The position numbers and the translations under genes are program-made. A DNA stretch of 64,000 nucleotides from a virus, in IMG/VR virus record IMGVR_UViG_3300046715_000149, positions 2,493 through 66,492 of that record. One strand, written 5' to 3'. Of the stretch, positions 49,051 to 59,642 are shown one piece after another. Positions within the stretch are counted from its first letter, which is position 1. Every line of letters begins with the position of its first letter. A model generated the notes under the pieces. That model was given only the letters and a program-made list of their open reading frames with translations. It had not been told where the DNA came from and did no database searches.

Positions 49051-49632
49051 ATGCCAGCGGTGACAGTCCCGAAGGGCGCGCTCAGTTTCGGCGCCGGATA
49101 TCTCTACGTGTCCGACCTCGGCGTTTCGGCGCCGACCAACACTGTCGTCGGCTCGGTGTTCACCGACACCTGGCCCGGCGGCTGGAACCTGTGGGGCGTC
49201 ACCCGCGAGGGCCACACCCTGAACATCGGCATCGACACCGACGCGGTGGAGGCGGCCGAGTACGTCGACCCGCTGCTCAACGTCGTCACCGGCCGCACCA
49301 TCACGGCCGAGTTCGAGGTCATGCAGATCCACCTGACCAACTACAAGCGCGCGTTCAACGGCGGCACCAAGGCGACCTCCGGCGCGGGCACCACGCTGCT
49401 GACCACGTTCACGCTGCCGCAGATCGGCGCCGAGGTCCGCCAGCAACTCGGATGGGAGGCGGTGGACGGCACCGAGCGCTGGTGGGGGATGCAGACCTTC
49501 CAGACCGGCTCGGTCGGCATCCAGCGCAAGAAGGGCGCGGACAACGCCAGCCTCCCGCTGACGTTCACCTTCGAGCCGGACGCGTCCTCGCAGCCGATCT
49601 ACTTCGCTGCCGCCGGGACCAACCGTGGCTGA
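49051..49632 (+). CDS. major tail protein
   Basis: 193 aa, GAGYLY...W...G.TREG; precedes TAC and TMP. Confidence 0.85.
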   Translation: MPAVTVPKGALSFGAGYLYVSDLGVSAPTNTVVGSVFTDTWPGGWNLWGVTREGHTLNIGIDTDAVEAAEYVDPLLNVVTGRTITAEFEVMQIHLTNYKRAFNGGTKATSGAGTTLLTTFTLPQIGAEVRQQLGWEAVDGTERWWGMQTFQTGSVGIQRKKGADNASLPLTFTFEPDASSQPIYFAAAGTNRG

Positions 49633-50439
49633 CATCCAGATGAACGCCGGCGGCACGTGGCCGCCGCCGCCGTGGACCGGCATGCCGGACCAGCCGTCGG
49701 ACGGCCAGCCGTACTACACCACGCTTCCGCGCGATACGCCGATGGCCGATCCGACCTCGCGCGATGCGCAGGCCGCGGCCGAGGGGGTCGTGCTCGACCC
49801 GGACGGCGACTACCTCGATTTCTACGACGAGAAGTTCCGGCTGGCGGACAAGGTCGGGCTTGCGCCGATGATCCGGTTCGGCGCTGCTGCGAACCGCGGG
49901 CTCGACTCCGACGACATGGAAGGCCTGGCCGCGATGCACTCGCTCATCCGGTCGGTCATCCACCGCCCGCCGCTGCTGGACGAGCACGGCCAGCAGCAAG
50001 TCGACGTCAACGGCAAGAAGCTGCGCGACGAGAAGGAGTGGAACCGCTTCCTCGACCTCGCCGAGGACGAGCTTGCCGACGGCGACGAGATCATGGACTT
50101 CGTCAACCGGGCGATGGAGATCATGGCCGCCCGCCCTACCAAGCCGCGAGAGCTCTCCTCGGGTGGATCGCGGACAACTTCGGCGAGTTCGAGGGCCGGC
50201 TCGTCCTCGCGGGCCATGCACCCCGATGTGGCTGGGCTGACGCCGGTCGCGGATCTGGGCCGCTAGACGACATGCCGCTGCGGGTGGCGCTCAATGCCGC
50301 CTACGCGATGTTGACCCAAGGTCTGGAAGCGGACCAGCGGCAGCAGATCGACGAGCAGATCTACGGGTGGGGCGAGATGAACAACCAGGCCAACCGTGTG
50401 CTTCGCATGGGCGTGGACGACAGCGGAGGTGAGAGCTGA
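49625..50439 (+). CDS. tail assembly chaperone (49625-50266) with probable -1 frameshift extension to 50439
   Basis: Position between major tail and TMP; the -1 frame is open and protein-like from ~50134 to the TMP start. Confidence 0.7.
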
Positions 50440-53400
50440 TGGTGGCTCTTGCCTCCGCGTTCGTTCGTGTCCGGCCACAGGTCGACCGGAACGAGTTCGC
50501 CAAGGCGGCCGAACAGGTCGGCCAGGATGCCGGGAAGGTTTACGGCGACGCCTTCGCCCGCGGGTCCGACGGCAAGCTGAGCGACTCTCGCAGCAAGATG
50601 GTCAAGGAGTCCGAGAAGGCGGCCGGGGACGCCGGGGGCAAGTCCGGGCGAGCGTTCGGCAAGAGCTTCGGCCGGGAGACGGACAAGTCGTCCGGCGCGT
50701 TCAGCAAGGCCATCGCGCTGATGGCGGCCAAGACGACGCTGTTCGCCGGGACGGCCGCGGCGGCTGCACCGGGCATCATCCACCTGACTGCCGCCCTCGC
50801 CCCCGCGGTCGGGGTGATCGCCGGGCTGCCCGCCGTGCTCGCCGCAGGCGGCGCGGCGATGGCCACGTTCAAGGTTGCCACGGGAGGGGTCGGCAAGGCG
50901 ATCACCGCCGGGCTGACCGGCACGGCCAAGCAGGCGCAGAAGGCGTTGGACGCGCTGCCGCCATCGGCGCAGCGGTTCACGAAGGTGATCGTCGGACTCA
51001 AGCCTAAGATCGATGCGCTGCGCCAGTCGGTGGCCGAGCGCTTCTTCCGGCCGCTGACTGATGACATCAAGCCGCTGGCCGACAAGTACTTCCCGCTGAT
51101 CAAGACGCAGATGTCCAACCTTGCCGGACCGCTGGGCGGACTGGCCGAACAGTTCACCAAGACCGCCCGGAGCAGTCGCGTGTTCTCGGCCGTGTCCAGC
51201 GTCTTCAAGAACACCCGCGTGTCGGTGATCCTGCTGCGCGGCGCGATCGACCCGCTCACCAAGGCGCTCGCCGCAGTGATCAGCGCGACCGCGGGAAAGC
51301 TGCCCGGTCTGGCGCAGGGCTTCGCCGACGGTGCGGCCAAGGTCGGCGTCTTCCTGCAGAAGGCCGCCGCGTCCGGTCAGATCAGCCAGTTCTTCCAGGC
51401 CGGGCTGACCACGCTCAAGCAGTTGGGCGGGATCGTCGTCAACGTCGGCTCGATCCTGCAGAGCGTGTTCTCTGCGGCGACCGCGACCGGCAACAACCTG
51501 CTCGGCAACCTCAAGGCGCTGACCAGCCAGGCGGCGGCCTTCCTCAAGAGCGTCCAGGGCTCGAGCGCGCTCGCCTCGCTGTTCGGCACCCTCGCCCAGT
51601 TCGGGCAGGCGCTGCGCACCTCGCTCGGCGCCGTGCTGCCCGCCATCGCGACGAGCATCCAGATCCTCGCCCCCGCCGTGGCCGGCCTGGCCGGCCCGTT
51701 CGCCCAGCTGATCGTCGCGGTGGCCCCGCTGCTGCCGATGTTCGCCGGGTGGGCCGCAGTCATCATCACGAAGCTGACACCGGCCATCACGACGCTATCG
51801 AAGTTCCTGGCCGAGCACACCGACGTGGTCAAGGCGGCTGCGACCGCCGTCGGTGCGTTCCTGGCCGTGCAGAAGCTGGCCGCGGCCGCCATCGCCATCC
51901 AGGCGGCGGGCGGCCTGCTCGCATACGCCAAGGGCCTGCAATTGGTCACCACACTCACGAAGATCTGGACCGGCGCGCAGGCTGCGCTCGACGTCGTGCT
52001 GAACGCCAACCCAATCGGCCTGGTCGTCGTCGCGATCGCCGCGCTGGTGGCCGGGATCGTGCTGGCCTACAAGCACTCCGAGACGTTCCGTAACATCGTG
52101 CAGGCGGTATGGGGCGCGATCAAGGTGGCGATCGGCGCGACCGTCGACTGGATCGTCAACGTCGCGTGGCCCGCGATCAAGAAGGCGTGGGACGCGATCG
52201 CGGCCGCCGGGCTGTGGCTCTGGCACAACGTGATCGAGCCGGTCTGGCACGGCATCCAGGCGGTCATCAGCTTCGTGGTCGCCGCCGTGAAGACCTACAT
52301 CGCGATCATCGTGGCCGAGTTCAAGTTCGTCGCTGGCATCGCGTTGTGGCTGTGGCACAACATCTTCGAGCCCGTGTTCAACGGGATCAAGAAGGTCGTC
52401 GAGATCTGGTGGCTGGCCACCGAGATCGTCTTCAAGCTGTTCGCGGACGTGACCCGAGTGATAGTCGGCGCGGCGGTCGGCTTCCTCAAGTCGGTGTTCA
52501 CCGCGGTGTTCGGCTTCATCAAAGACAAGGTGATCACGCCCTGGTGGACCACCATCCAGCTGATATTCAACGCCTTCCGGTCCTACGTGATCGGCCCCAT
52601 CGCCGCCGCAGCCGAATTCCTGCGCTCGCTGTTCGCCAGGATCTTCACGGCGATCGGCAACACCGTCATCGGCTGGTACCGCAACTACATCGCGCCGATC
52701 TTCACCGCGGTCCGCAACGCATGGAACACGCTGGCACTCGGCTTCTCCATCATCTACAACACAAAGATCAAGCCGGTGTTCGACGCGTTCGTCGGCTTCA
52801 TCAAGGGCACCGTGGTCAAGGGCTTCCAGACCGGCGTCTCGCTCATCTCCAAGGCATGGAGCGCCGTGCAGGCTGCGGCAAAGGCGCCCGTGACGTTCGT
52901 GGTCAACCACGTGATCAACCCGTTCATCAACGGCCTGAACAAGGCGGCGTCGATCGTCGGCGTGAAGGACCGTGTCGAGCCGATCAAGGGCTTCGCGACC
53001 GGCGGGCAGCTGCCCGCTTACGCGACCGGCGGCCGGATCGCCGGTGCGCCGTCGGCCGTCGACAACCGGCTGGCGCCGGCCACGATCCCCGGCGTCGGCG
53101 CGGTGAAGCTGGCCGGCGGCGAGTACGTGGTCAACGCGCAGGACACGGCCAAGGCGCTCCCGCTGCTCAAGTGGGTCAACGCCGGAATGAAGGGCGGAGC
53201 CGCGGGGATCTCCCGCTACCTCGGCCGGCCGCTCACCGAGTTCCCCGGTGACGGGTCGGAGGGCTGGGCGTTCGCCGATGGCGGGCTCGTCGGCTGGACC
53301 AAGGACGTGTGGGGCGCGCTGACCAATCCGGGCGCGACCATCCGCAAGCCGTTCGAGGCGTTGCTCAATCAGATCCCAGGCGTCGGCATGATCAAGGATT

Positions 53401-54122
53401 TCCTGATCGGCTCGGCCAAGAAGTTCCTCGGCTCGGCGATCGGCTGGATCACCGGCATCGGCGGTCCGGTCTCCGGGTCGCTCAACAACGTGCAGCGCGC
53501 CGTGCAGGCCCGGGCGTTCGTGCAGAACCAGGCGGGCAAGCCCTACATCTGGGCGTCGGCCGGACCGCGCGGCTACGACTGCTCCGGAATCGTCAGCGCG
53601 GCGTACAACATCCTCAAGGGCAACAACCCGTACAGCCATACGTTCTCCACCGAGAGCCTGCCCGGTCGGTGGTTCGACACCCGGCAGAAGCTCGGCACGC
53701 TGATGGCCGGCTGGTCGCACCCGGGCCAGAGTCCGGCGTCGGCGTCCGTCGGTCACATGGCCGGGCAGATCGCGGGCATGCCGTTCGAGTCGACCGGATC
53801 GTCCGGCGTCCGGATCGGCGCCCGGGCCCGCCGGTTCACGCAGTTCGCCAACACCGGTGCCGCGCGGGCGTCGGGCGGGCTCATCGATTTCCCGCCGGTC
53901 CGGCTGTTCGACAAGGGCGGGCTGTGGCCGTCCGGCACGCTCGGTGCCAACATGTCCGGACGCACCGAGTACGTGGACCCGACCGGCCGCGGCGGATCGC
54001 GGACCTACCAGATCACCATCAACGTCGCGGCCGGCGCGCATCCGGTCGAGGTGGGCCGGCAGGCGGTGATCGCGATCCAGGCGTTCGAGAACGCGAACGG
54101 CGCGGCCTGGCGGAAGCCGTGA
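50439..54122 (+). CDS. tape measure protein with C-terminal NlpC/P60 domain
   Basis: 1227 aa, ANPIGLVV, W/F periodic repeats, GKPYIW...GYDCSG...GHMA. Confidence 0.92.
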   Translation: MVALASAFVRVRPQVDRNEFAKAAEQVGQDAGKVYGDAFARGSDGKLSDSRSKMVKESEKAAGDAGGKSGRAFGKSFGRETDKSSGAFSKAIALMAAKTTLFAGTAAAAAPGIIHLTAALAPAVGVIAGLPAVLAAGGAAMATFKVATGGVGKAITAGLTGTAKQAQKALDALPPSAQRFTKVIVGLKPKIDALRQSVAERFFRPLTDDIKPLADKYFPLIKTQMSNLAGPLGGLAEQFTKTARSSRVFSAVSSVFKNTRVSVILLRGAIDPLTKALAAVISATAGKLPGLAQGFADGAAKVGVFLQKAAASGQISQFFQAGLTTLKQLGGIVVNVGSILQSVFSAATATGNNLLGNLKALTSQAAAFLKSVQGSSALASLFGTLAQFGQALRTSLGAVLPAIATSIQILAPAVAGLAGPFAQLIVAVAPLLPMFAGWAAVIITKLTPAITTLSKFLAEHTDVVKAAATAVGAFLAVQKLAAAAIAIQAAGGLLAYAKGLQLVTTLTKIWTGAQAALDVVLNANPIGLVVVAIAALVAGIVLAYKHSETFRNIVQAVWGAIKVAIGATVDWIVNVAWPAIKKAWDAIAAAGLWLWHNVIEPVWHGIQAVISFVVAAVKTYIAIIVAEFKFVAGIALWLWHNIFEPVFNGIKKVVEIWWLATEIVFKLFADVTRVIVGAAVGFLKSVFTAVFGFIKDKVITPWWTTIQLIFNAFRSYVIGPIAAAAEFLRSLFARIFTAIGNTVIGWYRNYIAPIFTAVRNAWNTLALGFSIIYNTKIKPVFDAFVGFIKGTVVKGFQTGVSLISKAWSAVQAAAKAPVTFVVNHVINPFINGLNKAASIVGVKDRVEPIKGFATGGQLPAYATGGRIAGAPSAVDNRLAPATIPGVGAVKLAGGEYVVNAQDTAKALPLLKWVNAGMKGGAAGISRYLGRPLTEFPGDGSEGWAFADGGLVGWTKDVWGALTNPGATIRKPFEALLNQIPGVGMIKDFLIGSAKKFLGSAIGWITGIGGPVSGSLNNVQRAVQARAFVQNQAGKPYIWASAGPRGYDCSGIVSAAYNILKGNNPYSHTFSTESLPGRWFDTRQKLGTLMAGWSHPGQSPASASVGHMAGQIAGMPFESTGSSGVRIGARARRFTQFANTGAARASGGLIDFPPVRLFDKGGLWPSGTLGANMSGRTEYVDPTGRGGSRTYQITINVAAGAHPVEVGRQAVIAIQAFENANGAAWRKP

Positions 54123-55402
54123 CCGGCTGGATCGTCGAGGTCGGGCTGGCCATCGGCGCGACCATCCCGACGACCACGTTCATCGTCGGGTCGGCGAGCC
54201 AGGGCATCATCGGCACCAACCTGATCGGCACGGCGAACATGCTGGCCGACCTGTCCGACCGCAAGCAGGAGATCAGCGTCTCGCGCACCAGCGACCGCAC
54301 GGCCGGGCCGCTGATCACCTACAACGCAGGCACGGCGACGGTGAAGCTGCTCAACATGGACGGCGCGCTCGACCCGTACGTTCTCGAGGCGGCCGGGCTG
54401 ACCGGGCCGGGCGTCATCCTGCGACTGCGGTATCAGGTGCCGAGCGGCACGATCCAGCCGGTGTTCTACGGGTTCATCGACTCGTGGGACCCGGACGCCA
54501 CCTCGCCGACCGTCGGCATCGTGACGATCACCGCGACCGACGGGTTCATCCTGCTCAACCAGGCCACGGACACGCTCGTGTCCCCGGTCGGCGCGAACGA
54601 GAGCGTCACGGCGCGGGTCACCCGCGTGCTCGACGCGATGACCTGGCCCGCCGGACTGCGGTCGCTCGGCGCAACCAGCGAGATCCTCCAGGCCACCTCG
54701 TTCGGGTCGCCAGGGCTGGAGATGATCCAGGACGCGGTCAAGGCCGAGATCGGCGAGTTCTACCAGCAGCCCGACGGAGTGATGTTCCTGCGCGGCCGCC
54801 ACGCGATCCAGACCGACGCGCGCTCGGCCACCTCGCAGGCCACCTTCGGCAGCAACCGGGCCGGCGGCGAGATCCCGTACGTCGGCCGCCCGGTCACCGC
54901 GTGGGACAAGACCGGCATGCACAACCGCGTCAAGGCCACCATCGACGGCTCGACCAACGTCCAGATCGCGCAGGACGCGACCAGCATCGGGCTCTACGGC
55001 ACGGCCTACACGGTGGAGGAGTCGGCGCTCAAGCTGACGCTCGACAGTTCGGCGCTGTCGTGGGCGAGCTACGTGCTGGCCGCGGACGTGAAGCCGACCT
55101 TCCGGTTCTCCGGGATCACGCTCAACTCAGCGCTCGAGCAGATCGGTGTGCCGACGCTGGATCAGCAGTTCGGCCGGGTGCTGGGCGACCGGGTCACGGT
55201 GGTCCGGCGACCACCCGCGCAGCCGTACGGCTCGATCGTCGACTCGCGGGAGCTCTACGTCCAGGGCATCAGCCACACGTGGAACGCCAAGAGCAAGCAG
55301 ACGCTGACCACCTTCGACCTGCAGCCGGTCAGCAAGCTGCCCTTCTTCGTCATCGGCTCTGCCACGCAGGGCGTCATCGGACAGAGCGTCATCGCCTGGT
55401 AG
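54119..55402 (+). CDS. minor tail / baseplate hub protein
   Basis: GTGA overlap with TMP; AGTATVKLLN.DG, FYGFIDSW, GDRVTV. Confidence 0.8.
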   Translation: MTGWIVEVGLAIGATIPTTTFIVGSASQGIIGTNLIGTANMLADLSDRKQEISVSRTSDRTAGPLITYNAGTATVKLLNMDGALDPYVLEAAGLTGPGVILRLRYQVPSGTIQPVFYGFIDSWDPDATSPTVGIVTITATDGFILLNQATDTLVSPVGANESVTARVTRVLDAMTWPAGLRSLGATSEILQATSFGSPGLEMIQDAVKAEIGEFYQQPDGVMFLRGRHAIQTDARSATSQATFGSNRAGGEIPYVGRPVTAWDKTGMHNRVKATIDGSTNVQIAQDATSIGLYGTAYTVEESALKLTLDSSALSWASYVLAADVKPTFRFSGITLNSALEQIGVPTLDQQFGRVLGDRVTVVRRPPAQPYGSIVDSRELYVQGISHTWNAKSKQTLTTFDLQPVSKLPFFVIGSATQGVIGQSVIAW

Positions 55403-55411
55403 GAGCGCACC

Positions 55412-56017
55412 ATGCCATTCAAGGTCTTCACCAACGGGAGCGTGCTCCCGGACACCGACCTGAACGACTACCTGATGGAGCAAGCGGTCATCTCCTGCAC
55501 GTCGGGTACCCGGCCGGGCTCGCCGAACAACGGCATGACCATCTTCGAGACCGACACGAACCGGTACGCGTGCTATAGCACCTCGGCCGTTGCGTGGCTG
55601 TACTTCGGCCAGGTCATCACCGGCGGGTGGACCCCCACGCTGACCGCAGTGACGACCAACCCGACGCTCGGCTCCGGCGGCGGGCAGAACGGCCGGTTCA
55701 CGCTGTTCGGCGGGAAGTGGTGCACGCTGCGGTTCTCGATCGCCTTCGGCACGTCCGGCACCAACGCGGGCAGTGGGCAGTATCTGGTCGCGCTGCCGTT
55801 CACGGCGTCGTCCGCCATCACCGGCGGCGTCCCGAACACTGCGGGAGGTGTCGTGCGAGCCGGCGGGTCGGTCGCCACCGTGACGTGGTTCGCCTCGTCG
55901 GGATCGACCACGATGGCGGCGCTGACCACGTCGGGCAGCAACGTGGCCAGCGGCGCGCCGGGCGCGTGGGGCGTCAACGACTACCTCAGCGGGACGTTCA
56001 CGTACGAGATCGCCTAG
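55412..56017 (+). CDS. minor tail / fibre protein
   Basis: FKVFTNGSVL..DLNDYLM.QAV, WTPTLT, LSGTFTYE. Confidence 0.75.
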   Translation: MPFKVFTNGSVLPDTDLNDYLMEQAVISCTSGTRPGSPNNGMTIFETDTNRYACYSTSAVAWLYFGQVITGGWTPTLTAVTTNPTLGSGGGQNGRFTLFGGKWCTLRFSIAFGTSGTNAGSGQYLVALPFTASSAITGGVPNTAGGVVRAGGSVATVTWFASSGSTTMAALTTSGSNVASGAPGAWGVNDYLSGTFTYEIA

Positions 56018-56841
56018 CAGGCGGTGGCGCGCCAGGCCACGTAGGCGGCGGGCTTGCCGGTGATGAAGCCCGAGACCAGAAGCTTTCCGGAAGAATCCCG
56101 GTAGGTTGCCATGCGTGCCCACTCGCTGGCGTCGTCTCCGGCGGCCGGGTCCGCCCACGCGTAGACCCGCAGTCCGGCGCCGGTCCACTTGGTCAGCCGC
56201 GCGCCGGTGATCGCGTCGTGATGCTTGAGCAGGATGCTCGCGTGCGGGGTGATGTCCGCCGGGTCCGCGTCGCCGACCGACTGGTCCAGCGCGCGGGTGT
56301 AGCCGGGCAGCCGGACGGCCACCTGATCCAGGACGGCCGGGTCGAAGGACTCGAGCGCGGGCTTCGGGCCTCCGGCGCCGGCCTGGCTGGTGAGCGCGGC
56401 GATGAACATCGCCCACTGCGCCTCGGTCGGCATCACCTTCGGCTCGACGAACATGTAGGCCTTGTCCACGCTCTGGTCGTTCATGATCTCGGCGAGGGTC
56501 GGCACGGGCTGGCCGTCGGCGGTGCGCAGATTTGCGATTTGCGCAAATGTCAAATCCGCAACCGCGCCCGTTCCGTCCGTGGTCCGGTCGACCGTCTCGT
56601 CGTGCATGATGACCGGCACGTCGTCGGAGGTGAAGCGGACGTCGGTCTCCCAGAAGCCGACACCGGAGTTGCTCGCCTGGCGGAACGCGTTGCGGGTGTT
56701 CTCGACGTACCGCTCGGTCCCGCCGCGGTGCGCGACCGGTCCGGGCGTGGCGCACGTGGCCGCGCTCGCGGGAACGGCCGAGGCGGCGAGCACGAGCGGG
56801 ACGACGGCGGCCACCGCGAGCGGCCGGAGGATTCTCATCAT
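56014..56841 (-). CDS. secreted glycerophosphodiester phosphodiesterase (GDPD/GlpQ-like)
   Basis: Signal peptide ending ASA; AHRGG, ENT..AF, ETDVRFTSD..PVIMHD.TVDRTT, VPTL.E, EPK. Confidence 0.9.
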   Translation of the reverse strand: MMRILRPLAVAAVVPLVLAASAVPASAATCATPGPVAHRGGTERYVENTRNAFRQASNSGVGFWETDVRFTSDDVPVIMHDETVDRTTDGTGAVADLTFAQIANLRTADGQPVPTLAEIMNDQSVDKAYMFVEPKVMPTEAQWAMFIAALTSQAGAGGPKPALESFDPAVLDQVAVRLPGYTRALDQSVGDADPADITPHASILLKHHDAITGARLTKWTGAGLRVYAWADPAAGDDASEWARMATYRDSSGKLLVSGFITGKPAAYVAWRATAC

Positions 56842-56882
56842 GCCGTAAGCATGCACCAACGGCCCACTTAGGAGAGACCACC

Positions 56883-57869
56883 ATGTCGATCGAGGGAGTG
56901 GACTACGCCGACAGCCGGCCCAGCGCGAGCGCACTGAAAGCCGCCGGCAAGCACTTCGCCGTCAGGTACGGCGGACCAGGCCGGGCCAGCAAGCAGCTGA
57001 CGGCGAGCGAGGCAGATGCGCTTCGGGCGACAGGAATCGACATCGTGGCCAACGCCGAAGGTGCCGCCTCGGGATTCAAGGGGAAGGCGACAGGGCGAAC
57101 CTGGGCACAGCAGGCTCTCGATCACTTCGGCCCGCTGGGAATGCCGGAGGGCCGGCCGGTGTATTTCTCTGTCGACTGGGACGCCGGGTCTGCCGATTGG
57201 GCCGGTATCGACGCGGCGCTCTCCGGTGCTGCGGGGGTCCTCGGCGCCGGGCGGGTCGGCGTGTACGGCAGCTACGACACCGTCGCCCACTGCAAGCAGG
57301 CGGGATCGGCGTCGTGGTTCTGGCAGACCTACGCATGGAGCGGCGGCAAATGGCATCCGGCTGCCCACCTTCAGCAGTACAAGAACGGCGTGACCATCGG
57401 GGGAGCCGACTGCGACCTCGACCGCGCGATGACCGACGACTACGGACAATGGGGAGTGAGTGACGTGAGTGAAGCAGAGGTCACCAGCGCGCTGACCAAG
57501 TTCTTCTCGGTCGGCAGTCAGCCGGTCAGCAAGGGCGGGCTGCCCGAGTCGAAAATCGGCCACGATGCCAGCTCGCAGGGCGTGCCGGACACCATCTCCG
57601 GCGGCACGATCACCCTGTACGGGCTGATCGGGAAGATCGGGACGCAGGTGCTGCTCGCGCGCAAGGACCTCGCCGACCTGGCCGGTAGGGATCTGGTAGA
57701 TGAGGATGCTATCGCGGCGAGCGTGCTGATGGGGCTGACCCCCGAGCGCCTCGGCGCCGCAATCGTGGCCGCGGGGCTGACGCCGAGCGCACTGGTCGCC
57801 GCGATCCCGGACGACCTGGCCGAACAGGTGCTCGCGCTGCTGGGCGAGAAGCTCCGCCCGTCGCAGTGA
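56883..57869 (+). CDS. endolysin, DUF1906/GH25-like glycoside hydrolase
   Basis: GVDYA, FAVRY, VYFSVDWD, GVYG, WQTYAWS, DYGQW. Confidence 0.85.
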   Translation: MSIEGVDYADSRPSASALKAAGKHFAVRYGGPGRASKQLTASEADALRATGIDIVANAEGAASGFKGKATGRTWAQQALDHFGPLGMPEGRPVYFSVDWDAGSADWAGIDAALSGAAGVLGAGRVGVYGSYDTVAHCKQAGSASWFWQTYAWSGGKWHPAAHLQQYKNGVTIGGADCDLDRAMTDDYGQWGVSDVSEAEVTSALTKFFSVGSQPVSKGGLPESKIGHDASSQGVPDTISGGTITLYGLIGKIGTQVLLARKDLADLAGRDLVDEDAIAASVLMGLTPERLGAAIVAAGLTPSALVAAIPDDLAEQVLALLGEKLRPSQ

Positions 57870-58758
57870 CCTGGACCGCACGGGCCCTGACGCATCGGGT
57901 CGGCCGCCGCGGGGCTATCCTGCTGATCCTCGCGATCATCGACGTCGCGTACGGGATGAGCCTGGTCGGGCCTGCCGCCGAGACGCTCGGGTCGGCCGCG
58001 ACCATCTGGCGCCAGCACTACGCGCCGCTGTGGGTATGGGGGATGGGCTGGCTGGTCATCGCCGCGATCCTGATCGTTTCGGCGTTCCTGCGCAATGATC
58101 GCTTCGGCTACGCTGCGGCCATCGGATGGAAGATCGCTTGGAGCGTCTCGACGCTGGCATCGTGGATCGTCGGTGGCGTTCCCCGGGGCTGGTTGAGCAG
58201 CATCATCTGGGCGGTCGTCGCCGGAATGGTCATGGTCATCGCGGGATGGCCGGAGCCGCACACGATCGCGCGAGTAGAGGGACATGGATGATCGAGGCAG
58301 CTACGCAGACGCCGTCGGTCACGCAGACGTGGCTGCCGGCCGCGCTGTCTGCGCTCGCGGCCCTCGTCGGCGCCTGGCTGGTCTACCGCAACGCCACCAA
58401 GGCGAACCGGATCACCGAGCAGAACGAGCTGGCCGGCCAGCAACTGGCGTGGACCAAGCAAGCGATGGACGAGGCGCGGGTGGCCAAGGACGACGCCAAG
58501 ACGGCGACGACTGCGGCTCGGGCGGCGACCGACGCGGCCAACGCGGCGACCAGCCGCGCCACGGCGGCCGAGAGTCGGCTGACCGAGGTGCTGGACACCG
58601 CGGGCAAGCTGATGGAGTGGATCGCCCGGGTCGTCCGTAAGGCGCACGAGGTGGACCAGAACGACAGCACGGCGGCCGACGTCCGGGAACTGCTGCGCGT
58701 GATCAACGGCGGGCCGCCCGAGATCTCGGCGTCGCAGATCAAACGGAAGGCGCGGTAG
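57866..58758 (+). other. two lysis-cassette membrane proteins (57866-58291 four-TM; 58288-58758 TM plus coiled coil)
   Basis: Hydrophobic segments, coupled to the lysin gene. Confidence 0.65.
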
Positions 58759-59322
58759 ATGGCGATCCGGCCGGGCTTCAACTCGGAGCTCAACCTCGTC
58801 GCGGCTGGCCCGACGACGTGGGCGCTGACCGTGCCGCTCGTGTGGACCGGAACGAAGGGCGACACGTTCGTCGTGCCGACGGGATTTCTGACCGACTTCG
58901 CGACCGTGCCGCGGTTCCTGCACTGGGAGGTCTCGCCGTACGGCGCCTACACCCGCGCGGCCGTGCTGCACGACTGGTTGCTGGTCAGCCTGGCCGAATG
59001 GGACCGAGAGGTCAGCCGCGAGGGCGGCGGGGCGTGGCTGCCGCCCGCGAACTCGCGCGACTGTGACGGGATCTTCCGGCGGGTGATGGAGGACCTCGGC
59101 GTGCCGTGGGCGAAGCGCTGGACGATGTGGACCGCAGTGCGGTGGGCGTCGCTGTTCAACTCGCGGCGCGCGTACGGCCGGCGCATCGGCCGGGACCTGC
59201 CGGCCATGCTTGGCATGACCCTGCTCGCGCTGCCGGTGAGCTTGCCCGGCGCGCTCGGCGTACTGATCTCGCTCGGCCTGCTCAAGATAGTCAACATGCT
59301 CGCGCGCATCGTGCGCGCGTGA
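58759..59322 (+). CDS. DUF1353 family protein
   Basis: VPTGFLTDFATVP, AAVLHDWL, D.IFRRVM, MWTAVR. Confidence 0.85.
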   Translation: MAIRPGFNSELNLVAAGPTTWALTVPLVWTGTKGDTFVVPTGFLTDFATVPRFLHWEVSPYGAYTRAAVLHDWLLVSLAEWDREVSREGGGAWLPPANSRDCDGIFRRVMEDLGVPWAKRWTMWTAVRWASLFNSRRAYGRRIGRDLPAMLGMTLLALPVSLPGALGVLISLGLLKIVNMLARIVRA

Positions 59323-59336
59323 AGGAGGCGGAAGCC

Positions 59337-59642
59337 ATGGCAACACCCACCGTCCGGGACCTCGGCGCATCGTTGGTCCGGACCTTCGTCGCGACCGCGG
59401 TCGGCGTCGGCATCGCGTGGCTGGCGAAGAACGCGCACTTCGTGATCGACGACGCCACGTCGGCCGGCCTGGTGCAGGCGTTCACCGGCGTGGTCATCGG
59501 CGCCTACTACTTGGTGATCCGTACGCTCGAGACCAAGGTCCCCGGGTTCGGATGGCTGCTCGGCCTGGCCAAGCTGCCGACCTACCCGGCGGCCACAGGT
59601 GAGGTGCCGGTCCCCGCGTCGGGTAGCGTTCCGACCAAGTAG
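59337..59642 (+). CDS. holin
   Basis: Two TM; SLVRTFV...YYLVIRTLE...GWLLG..K.P.Y actinophage holin pattern. Confidence 0.75.
   Translation: MATPTVRDLGASLVRTFVATAVGVGIAWLAKNAHFVIDDATSAGLVQAFTGVVIGAYYLVIRTLETKVPGFGWLLGLAKLPTYPAATGEVPVPASGSVPTK

Noticed and set aside
51795-56884. Long alternative-frame ORFs (51795-54041, 55127-56884, 5' part of 53309-55402)
   Set aside because: GC-driven shadows of the TMP, minor tail and GDPD genes.
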